From Bacilli bacterium (GTDB taxonomy: Bacteria; Bacillota_I; Bacilli_A; RF39; UBA660), in assembly GCA_045649455.1 (NCBI GenBank), contig JAZRPV010000058.1, forward strand, positions 66,552-130,551: 64,000 nucleotides of DNA. The letters run 5' to 3'. The position numbers were made by a program, and so were the translations under genes. Shown piece after piece: positions 35,953 through 44,054 of this stretch; the first letter of the stretch is position 1; each line of letters begins with the position of its first letter. The notes under the pieces were generated by a model. The model did no database searches, was not told the DNA's origin, and worked only from the letters and a program-made list of their open reading frames with translations.

Positions 35953-38638
35953 CTACTTCCACTCCCAATCTCCAATTATACATATATACAATGTCTTCAT
36001 CCGGAATTTCTCTTACAAGTCTGTAATCTATATTTCTATCTTGCAAGTTATATAAATATCCATATAAATCTAACATTGGTAATTTTATTTTAGGATTATC
36101 CATTTCATCAATTACTTCTAAATCTCTTTCTATTTGTATAAAAGATTTAGCTGTTAAATAATTAGGAATTGCAAATACTAATATATTCATGCTTAATGTA
36201 CCAACTATTAGTAACATACCTATGTATGGTATTATTTTCTTTTTAAAGTATTTAGCTGTTATTAATGCCAACAAAATTGTTCCTACTGTATATAAATACA
36301 TTTGCGGTACATATCTAGCCCACCAACTTTCACCTACTAATATCATTGATACAATAATAGTTAGTGCTGTTATTACTACATATTTACATTTTCTTTTTTC
36401 ATTTTTATACAATTTCGGTAAACATATAATGAATACTATAGTTGTAAATATAAATGCCAAAGCAAAAAATGGTCCAAATCCAGCAATTCTTACATCAGGT
36501 CCTTGCAATTGTTCTATTTCACTTCTATATATCATTATTGGCCATTTTAAAGTAGGTTCTTTTTTACTATATTGAGTAATGTTTTCTGTTTTTGAGAATA
36601 ATGACCAGACAAACTTTTGTGGAATTGATATCCTATTAAATACATCGGGTTGCATCGTTGTTATAATATCTACTTTATCTTTTCCAATTAATGGATATAG
36701 TGGATTTAAATGGTCAATTGTATTTTTTACATAAGAATTGGCTCCTACTAAAAAAACAGCAATTCCAAATACAATGATAAAGTTTCTTGTTGTTATTAAG
36801 AATTTGTTCCAAAATTCTTTTTCTTTTATATATTTTATTAACCAATAAAAATAGAATACTGCTGCTATAATACCTGAATATAATAATCCAGTAAATTTTA
36901 AATTAACAAATAAAGCAGCTGTTGCACATAACATTATCCAAATAAGTGTATTTTGTTTTCTCATTGGCTTTATTGTAAATAGCAATATTAGTTCAATTGC
37001 AAATAATATTCCCATTAAACTATCTAGATAGTAAGAAAATATTTGTGATAAAGTAATTGGATTTAACGCAACTAATAATGATATACCTAGTGAATATATT
37101 CTTGGTATAACTTGTTTTAAAATATTATATGATATTAACACAAGCACTATAGATAATACCAAGGTTATATACTTACCACTTTCAATATTTCCGGTCATAC
37201 TATATGTTGCTGCTGCGCTAACCCATGTTGCTTTTGGATAATGCTCCATCCATAAATCTAATTTACTCTCTTTTGCTATTGGAACAACATTTGTATTTGT
37301 TTTTTGAAATTCTCTAACATCCTCATATAGTGGATTCCATCCATTTTTTATATAAGCAATTGAGGACTTGTGATAACTGTTACCATCAACTGTTAAGTCA
37401 TATGTGTGACTATATAAAAATGGCAATGCTACCATTAATAGTAAATATATTATTGATACAATTATTTTTGATTTTTTTGTATTTTTGCTTTTCCACCAAT
37501 ACGCAAATAGTGGTACTAATAGTCCCAATACTTGTATAAGTAATAATGCATTATTTATATTAAATATTTGCAGTATTGAGTGTGATACTAGAACTACTAA
37601 GAAATATGATAAAAGCATTGCACTTAATTGAAACGAAGGTGCTTTGATTATATTTTTTATTTTATTATCATATGTATCTTTTTGTACCTTTTCATTAAAT
37701 AAATTATAAATAGTACAATATATTTTAGAAATAAATTTATTTTTTTCGATGGTTCTTCTTAAGAAATTTCTTCCTTCATAATATTTGTTATCTTTATAAT
37801 CAGGAACTTCTTTTTTCAAATAAGAAAAAGCTTCATTAATAAATTCCATTCCTGTTTTAATATTTTCTTGATTGCGTTGTTGGATTGTGTAATTAGTTAT
37901 TATTCTTACTGTTAATTTATCAACCACATCTTTCGCTTCTTGTAAACTTTTAAAACTTTTTCTGATCATATCAACAATTTTAATAATATCAAATATCTTT
38001 TCATTTCTAACTGTTGTTTCACTTTGTTCGTGAATGACATAAAAATGTAATAATTTATTTAACTTACCAATTTTTTTAGAGTTTTTTATTGTTTCGGCAA
38101 CAAATGGTGCATCTTCATATTTTAAATCTTCTACAAACTTTGTTTTATGTTTTGTTATGATCTCTCTTTTGTACAATTTATTACAAGGTCCTAAATTAAT
38201 ATCAATTAATAAATTAGGATTTTCTTTTAATGATGATGCTTTAAAATCATTAATTATTACTTCTTTTAGGCCATCTGGTTCTACTCTATAAAAATCAAAT
38301 ACAACCATATCTAACTTATTTTTTTCTGCTGTCTCATATAATTCATTACACGCATCTTTATCTAGATAATCGTCACTATCTAGAAACATAATATATTTTC
38401 CAGTAGCTTTTTCAATACCAAAATTTCTAGTCTTACCTATTCCTTGATTATTATTTTTGAAATACTTTATTCTTTTGTCTTTATATTCTTTTATAATTTT
38501 TTCAGAGCTATCTGTAGAACCATCATTTACTAGAATAAATTCTAATTCTTTTTTTGTTTGATTTACTAATGAATCAATACATTTATTTAAATATTTTTCC
38601 GCATTATATATTGGTACTACAATACTTATATCTGTCAT
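35927..38638 (-). CDS. Fusion: cytoplasmic GT2 + about 590-aa polytopic GT-C-like membrane domain
   Basis: 903 aa. VVPIYNAEKYL...VNDGSTDSS...LDSDD, then 10 or more hydrophobic helices whose first outside loop carries YDLTVDG. 26-nt overlap with the ubiA-like gene. Confidence 0.65.
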   Translation of the reverse strand: MTDISIVVPIYNAEKYLNKCIDSLVNQTKKELEFILVNDGSTDSSEKIIKEYKDKRIKYFKNNNQGIGKTRNFGIEKATGKYIMFLDSDDYLDKDACNELYETAEKNKLDMVVFDFYRVEPDGLKEVIINDFKASSLKENPNLLIDINLGPCNKLYKREIITKHKTKFVEDLKYEDAPFVAETIKNSKKIGKLNKLLHFYVIHEQSETTVRNEKIFDIIKIVDMIRKSFKSLQEAKDVVDKLTVRIITNYTIQQRNQENIKTGMEFINEAFSYLKKEVPDYKDNKYYEGRNFLRRTIEKNKFISKIYCTIYNLFNEKVQKDTYDNKIKNIIKAPSFQLSAMLLSYFLVVLVSHSILQIFNINNALLLIQVLGLLVPLFAYWWKSKNTKKSKIIVSIIYLLLMVALPFLYSHTYDLTVDGNSYHKSSIAYIKNGWNPLYEDVREFQKTNTNVVPIAKESKLDLWMEHYPKATWVSAAATYSMTGNIESGKYITLVLSIVLVLISYNILKQVIPRIYSLGISLLVALNPITLSQIFSYYLDSLMGILFAIELILLFTIKPMRKQNTLIWIMLCATAALFVNLKFTGLLYSGIIAAVFYFYWLIKYIKEKEFWNKFLITTRNFIIVFGIAVFLVGANSYVKNTIDHLNPLYPLIGKDKVDIITTMQPDVFNRISIPQKFVWSLFSKTENITQYSKKEPTLKWPIMIYRSEIEQLQGPDVRIAGFGPFFALAFIFTTIVFIICLPKLYKNEKRKCKYVVITALTIIVSMILVGESWWARYVPQMYLYTVGTILLALITAKYFKKKIIPYIGMLLIVGTLSMNILVFAIPNYLTAKSFIQIERDLEVIDEMDNPKIKLPMLDLYGYLYNLQDRNIDYRLVREIPDEDIVYMYNWRLGVEVDEEVSKTD

Positions 38639-38639
38639 G

Positions 38640-39569
38640 TTATACCCACTTTCCTAATGTTTTATAATATAATTTTGGTGATATCTTTAATAATAATTTT
38701 TTTATTTTTCGTGGAAGTGTATCATCTAAAACATTATCATATGCTTTTTCTTGTTTTAAACATTTTTGATATTTTCGATAATCTTTTCCTTTTAATGTAC
38801 ATGACTTTAAAATAATACTATTTGCTACAAAACTTTTAAATGCTTTACTATTTATGTTTGTTTTATCAATTTCACTTATTAGGAATCTATAATGTTCTAA
38901 CATATCTAAAGCTTTTTTCTTTGTCTTTTCATAACTAGTTGAATTCATTGTACTACCAGTTCTTTGGATATAGTTATATCCAATATATTCAATACTATTT
39001 ACTAATTCTGCTTTTATAATTATTAATGGTATAAGCCCATAATCTTCATGTACTAGTCCTGGTTTAAATTGAAATTTATTTTTATTCCAATATTCTCTTT
39101 TTATTGCATATGGACATGCTGCATCAACAATGTGATATTTACAAATTTCTTCAAATGCTTTTTCACCAGTCAAACCTTTAAATCCCTTTTCTTTATACTC
39201 AATAATTCCATCTTGTTCTTCATAAATTTCTTTCATTTGAAATCTTACAACGTCTGGCTTATTTTTTAGGCTCTTATTAATTTGATTTAATAAGTCTTTT
39301 TCCCAATAGTCATCCGAGTCTAAGAAAATAAGGTATTCTCCTTTTGCTTTTTTTATACCATTATTTCTAGCAGTACTTTGTCCTTGATTTTTTTGTTCAA
39401 TCACTTTGACATCATAATTCTTTACTATATCCATACTTTTATCTGGTGTTCCATCATTTATAATGATCACTTCAAAATCTTTAAAACTTTGATTAAATAC
39501 ACTTTCAAGACATTTTTTGATATACTTTTCTACCTTATATACTGGAATTATAATACTGAATTTTGGCAT
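38640..39569 (-). CDS. GT2-family glycosyltransferase
   Basis: 309 aa. IIIPVYKVEKYIKKCLESV...IIINDGTPDKS...LDSDD. Confidence 0.85.
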   Translation of the reverse strand: MPKFSIIIPVYKVEKYIKKCLESVFNQSFKDFEVIIINDGTPDKSMDIVKNYDVKVIEQKNQGQSTARNNGIKKAKGEYLIFLDSDDYWEKDLLNQINKSLKNKPDVVRFQMKEIYEEQDGIIEYKEKGFKGLTGEKAFEEICKYHIVDAACPYAIKREYWNKNKFQFKPGLVHEDYGLIPLIIIKAELVNSIEYIGYNYIQRTGSTMNSTSYEKTKKKALDMLEHYRFLISEIDKTNINSKAFKSFVANSIILKSCTLKGKDYRKYQKCLKQEKAYDNVLDDTLPRKIKKLLLKISPKLYYKTLGKWV

Positions 39570-41887
39570 TATATCACCTCATCAAATACTTCTTCAATTT
39601 TAAGCATTCTCTTCTTTTGAATTTCTTCTAAATCAACTTTTTTAAAATTTTTCTTTATCTTATTATCTAGAATATCTTTAACTTCTTTAGCCATTTTCTT
39701 TTCGTCTTTTGATACAATATAAGCAAAATCTTTTCCAATATTCATTGCTTCATCAGACACATCTATTGTTGTAATAATTTTTGTACCTAATACTATTGAT
39801 TCTAAATAAACAACAGGATATCCTTCATAGTCAGAAGTTAATATTGTATAATCCGCTTGTTTCATATACGGATATGGATTTTGTTTTTTTCCAAAGAATG
39901 TTACTCTTGATGTTAATTTATTCTTCTTGACATATTCTTCATATAATTCTCTATCTGGTCCGTCTCCTATTACCCATAATTCTGTTCCATCTATTTCTTT
40001 TATTACATTTAACGCTCTTCTCATCTTCTTAGATGCATCTTCTAATCTTCCTACAAATATAAATAGTATAGTATTCTTCTTCTTTTTGGCATTTATTTTT
40101 TCTAAAGATCCTTTTTTTATGGATTCTATATCATTAAAATTATTAATTGTAATACACTTATTTTCATATTCAGGATATTTTTTTATGAAGTCTCTTCTTG
40201 CCTCATTTGCTACAAATATTATCTTTTTAAATTTACTAATATTTCTTGATTCAAAGAAACTTTTAAATTCATTTATATCCTCATAAATATATGTATAATT
40301 ACTATGAATATAAAATGCCGTATTTGTTGAAGCCATTAAAGATAACTTATTACCACTATAACTGTAAGTAGCATAGCATATACTACAGTCATAATTGTTA
40401 TATTCTAATATAGCAAATAATAATTTTCTGGACATGTTTATTAATTTTCTTAAAAATACATTTTTATTATTAGAAACTTTTACTTCTATAATATTAGCTT
40501 TAGGAGTTATTATTGGTAAGAATATACCTTTCTTTTCTTCTACTATTACATCTACATCATATTTTCTATAATCTATTCTATTTAGTAAATTAACTAAAGC
40601 CTTTTCTATTCCTCCGATATCAAAATTATATGTTGTGAATAAAACTCTCTTCTTATTTCTTTTTGCCAACATAATAATTAAAATTGCTGCAATAAGGCTT
40701 ACTGCTGGACCTGTTATTATGTGACCAGTAAACATTGATAAAACTAGTATTAATAATAGTGCTACTAATTGCATACATCTTGTATATGTTGTTTTTTGTT
40801 TTACTTTAAATATTTGTGATAATACATATAGATAAATTCCAAAGTATAATGCAAATCCAATTATTCCGTGTGAATAAAATATATCAAAATAATCCATTTC
40901 AATTGCTTTAGTTACTTTATTTTTATGAGTATATCCAATACCAAATATTTTTTCATATGCAGATGATTTTAAATATAAATCATTTTTGTTTTCTAAGAAA
41001 GTTAATCTTTGACTAAAGATAAAATGATCTACTAATTCATATTCAGTAAACACTTCAAATACATTGTCTACTTCTAAATAATCTAAATGTATTTCAATAT
41101 TTTTATAAAAGTTTGTTTTTGGTAAAACTAAAATTAGACTAGCAAATCCTACTAGGATTAATACTACAGAATAAATAATTGGTTTGTATGTTTTCTTCTT
41201 TATACAATGATACATATAATATATAAAGATAGAACCTAAAGTTATACATAATGATAATAATGGAGTTTTTGTTCCCATCATAAGAATAACAATTAAATAT
41301 ACTAATAACATTAAACCTTTAATTAAATATTTATTTTTTCCTAGTATTAAAATAAACATTATTGGTGTTAATAAAGATATAATTCCACTTATTTCATTTG
41401 CCGAATTATAAAAACCTAATGTACCAATTTTTGCAATTTGATATGTTTTAAATCCTATATTTAAAAGACTAGGTATAAAGATACACATTAAATATGTGAA
41501 TAATGTTATTACTAAAGTTAAGTTGCTTACTTTTATTTCATTTCTAATTTCATATAAAGATATTAATAATATTGGAAAATAGAAAGCTTTAACCAAACCT
41601 TGAATCTCTGCAAAATAACTTCCATCTTTATAAATAAATATTCCGATTAGATAAAGTATGGAGTAAAAAATAATACTTATATATATCCATAAACTTAATT
41701 TCTTTTTAAACACAAATGTTGTTACATACATTATTAATGCCAAGAATAAAATTCTTATAATAATTCCAATTGTAATATTAAAATCTAATAAGTTAACACA
41801 TAATCCGGTAATTAAATCTAAAATTGGTTGTAACAGTATAAAGATACTTACAATTTTACTAATATTTTTTTCAAGATATTTATTCAT
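39569..41887 (-). CDS. Fusion: O-antigen ligase/polymerase-like (Wzy_C-type) membrane domain + GT4 glycosyltransferase
   Basis: 772 aa. About 11 TM helices with an outside loop in the first ~400 aa, then FDIGGIEKALVNL...VGRLEDASK...GDGPDRE...EGYPVVYLES. Confidence 0.65.
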   Translation of the reverse strand: MNKYLEKNISKIVSIFILLQPILDLITGLCVNLLDFNITIGIIIRILFLALIMYVTTFVFKKKLSLWIYISIIFYSILYLIGIFIYKDGSYFAEIQGLVKAFYFPILLISLYEIRNEIKVSNLTLVITLFTYLMCIFIPSLLNIGFKTYQIAKIGTLGFYNSANEISGIISLLTPIMFILILGKNKYLIKGLMLLVYLIVILMMGTKTPLLSLCITLGSIFIYYMYHCIKKKTYKPIIYSVVLILVGFASLILVLPKTNFYKNIEIHLDYLEVDNVFEVFTEYELVDHFIFSQRLTFLENKNDLYLKSSAYEKIFGIGYTHKNKVTKAIEMDYFDIFYSHGIIGFALYFGIYLYVLSQIFKVKQKTTYTRCMQLVALLLILVLSMFTGHIITGPAVSLIAAILIIMLAKRNKKRVLFTTYNFDIGGIEKALVNLLNRIDYRKYDVDVIVEEKKGIFLPIITPKANIIEVKVSNNKNVFLRKLINMSRKLLFAILEYNNYDCSICYATYSYSGNKLSLMASTNTAFYIHSNYTYIYEDINEFKSFFESRNISKFKKIIFVANEARRDFIKKYPEYENKCITINNFNDIESIKKGSLEKINAKKKKNTILFIFVGRLEDASKKMRRALNVIKEIDGTELWVIGDGPDRELYEEYVKKNKLTSRVTFFGKKQNPYPYMKQADYTILTSDYEGYPVVYLESIVLGTKIITTIDVSDEAMNIGKDFAYIVSKDEKKMAKEVKDILDNKIKKNFKKVDLEEIQKKRMLKIEEVFDEVI

Positions 41888-41924
41888 CTACGTCACCCTC
41901 TAATAATAATCATTTCCTTTTTTA

Positions 41925-41953
41925 ATTATAACATTTATAAAATTGGTTGTAAA
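41925..41953 (-). promoter_or_regulatory. Sigma-A type promoter of the glycopolymer operon, extended -10
   Basis: Minus strand reads TTTACA-17 nt-TATAAT with TGt before the -10. About 35 nt upstream of the first gene. Confidence 0.5.
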
Positions 41954-42046
41954 ATTATTATTAACTACTAGTCTTTTTATTTATCTTTTATTCATTTTAT
42001 TATATAATGATAATATCAGATATTATATATAAGATTGAGGTGAAGC

Positions 42047-43990
42047 ATGAGTAAGAAAAAAAAGAAAAAGAATAAACAAAATACTTCTGTTAGTGAAGAA
42101 GTTAAAATAGAAGAAGAAATTCAAGAAACTGAAGAGTCAATCGAAGAGGATGACCTAACTGCAGTAGAAGAAGATTCTAGTGATGAGATTATTGCAAATG
42201 AGGAAATCATAGAATATGAAGAAGAAGTTCCTGAAGTTGTTGCTACTAAGGTAGTTAATAATAAGAAGAAATATGATCCTACTATTTGTAATATGTTACT
42301 TATATTTGTACTATTGTGTAGTTTAGGTCATTTAGTTGGTAAATTAATAATTGGAGATGATGTTGTTATGAACTTAATTGGTTCGATGATTTTACTTTTA
42401 TTCTCTATGGCATTTATTTTACTTGGATTTAATTCTGGTAAGAGAAAAAAGAAATATGTGATACTTGGTTCTTTCCTACTAATATTATTCTTTGTGTTTA
42501 GTTTAGGAAGTAGTTATTTTAGTATAAATAATCAAGTTATTAATTTCTCTAATATGAAGTTAACTGAGGCAGTTAAATGGTTTGAAAATAAAGATATAGA
42601 ATTAGTTCAAATATATGAGTATAGCGATATGATTGATGAGTATCACGTTATAAGTCAAGATGTTAAGGCTGGCAGTTTAATTAATAAAACTAAGTCAATT
42701 ACTCTATCTATTAGTGAAGGACCTAATCCGAATAAAATGGTTGCTATTCCTAGTATGGTTGGATGGACAAGTGATCAAGTATTAGAATTTGTACTAAATA
42801 ATAAATTATCAAATGTTAATGTTTCATTTGTTACTTCTGATGGTATGGCTGATACAGTTATTAAACAAAGTAAAGTTGGAAATCTTGCAAGAAATGAAAA
42901 ATTAGAAATTGAATTTTCTTTAGGAGAAGGAAATGCTTTAGAAGAAATTAAGTTAATTGATTTTAAAAAGAAATCTGAATTTGAAAGTATTTTCTACATG
43001 AAAAAAAATCAAGTTAAATATGAAATAAAATATGCTTTCTCTGATAGTATTAAGAAAGGATATGTAATTAAACAAAGTATTAATGCTGGTAAAACAGTTA
43101 ATATTAAAAACGATAAAGTTGTTATTACTATTAGTAAAGGTCCTGAAATTAAGATAGCTGAACTTAGAGGTATGTCAATGAGTGATATTACTGACTGGGT
43201 TATTGATAATAAATTAAAACTTGAATTTACTGATAAGTATGATGATAGTACAAAAGAAAATCATGTTATTAGTGCTAACTACTCTAATGGAGATGTTGTT
43301 GAAGAAGGTACTGTTATTAAGATTGTTATTTCTAAAGGTAAATTAACAATGCCTAAGTTTGAAACTCTTAATGAGTATAGAGAATGGGTTAATAAATATA
43401 ATATTAATTCTGAAGAAAAACATGAATTTAGTGATACAGTTGCTGTTGGTAATATTATTAGATTCTCTCATAAAGAAGGAGATGTTATTAAGAATACTGA
43501 TACAGTTGTAGTAACAATTAGTGATGGTAAAAGGATTAGTGTTCCTAACGTTGTTGGTATCAGTAAAGATAGTGCTGCTAGTAAATTAAAAAATGCTGGC
43601 TTAGGGTATAATTTTGTTTATAGTTATAGTGATAGTGTTGCAAAAGGGAATACAATTAGACAATCAATTAGTGCTGGTTCTGGAGTTAGTCAAGGAACAG
43701 TAGTTACAGTTACAGTAAGTAATGGTAAGAAACCTTATACTCCACCTACTCCAACTGCTCCAAGTTGTGATAAATCTAAAGGTTCTGCTTTAAATATCCA
43801 ATATGGTTCATCTGGAAGCCAAACAGTATCTATGATTAAACAAATGAATCCAAATCACAAGTTCTCATTTAATTATGTTACATCATGTCCTAATGGAAGT
43901 ATTGCTCCTGGTTCTGTATGTAATGGAGCTAGTTTAGATGGTGTATGGAAAAACTATTGTGATACTATAACAGTTACAGTTATTAAATAA
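42047..43990 (+). CDS. Membrane-anchored protein with about six PASTA-like repeats and a 4-Cys C-terminal domain; no kinase or transpeptidase domain
   Basis: 647 aa. KKKKKKNKQ plus an acidic tail, 3 hydrophobic helices, then repeats each ending (I/V)S(E/K/D/N)G(P/K). The last repeat (VPNVVGISKDSAASKLKNAGL...VTVSNG) is near-canonical PASTA. Confidence 0.7.
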   Translation: MSKKKKKKNKQNTSVSEEVKIEEEIQETEESIEEDDLTAVEEDSSDEIIANEEIIEYEEEVPEVVATKVVNNKKKYDPTICNMLLIFVLLCSLGHLVGKLIIGDDVVMNLIGSMILLLFSMAFILLGFNSGKRKKKYVILGSFLLILFFVFSLGSSYFSINNQVINFSNMKLTEAVKWFENKDIELVQIYEYSDMIDEYHVISQDVKAGSLINKTKSITLSISEGPNPNKMVAIPSMVGWTSDQVLEFVLNNKLSNVNVSFVTSDGMADTVIKQSKVGNLARNEKLEIEFSLGEGNALEEIKLIDFKKKSEFESIFYMKKNQVKYEIKYAFSDSIKKGYVIKQSINAGKTVNIKNDKVVITISKGPEIKIAELRGMSMSDITDWVIDNKLKLEFTDKYDDSTKENHVISANYSNGDVVEEGTVIKIVISKGKLTMPKFETLNEYREWVNKYNINSEEKHEFSDTVAVGNIIRFSHKEGDVIKNTDTVVVTISDGKRISVPNVVGISKDSAASKLKNAGLGYNFVYSYSDSVAKGNTIRQSISAGSGVSQGTVVTVTVSNGKKPYTPPTPTAPSCDKSKGSALNIQYGSSGSQTVSMIKQMNPNHKFSFNYVTSCPNGSIAPGSVCNGASLDGVWKNYCDTITVTVIK

Positions 43991-43992
43991 TA

Positions 43993-44022
43993 AAAAGATA
44001 GATTAATTTCTATCTTTTTTTT
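43993..44022 (+). terminator. Rho-independent terminator of the PASTA gene
   Basis: Stem AGATAGA/TCTATCT (extendable by A:T pairs), 6-nt loop, T8. Confidence 0.7.
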
Positions 44023-44024
44023 GT

Positions 44025-44054
44025 ATAAAAAATAGAGGATTTCTCCTCTATTTT
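44025..44054 (-). terminator. Rho-independent terminator of the autolysin gene
   Basis: 8-bp stem ATAGAGGA/TCCTCTAT with a 4-nt loop, spanning the stop. U-run on minus. Confidence 0.7.
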
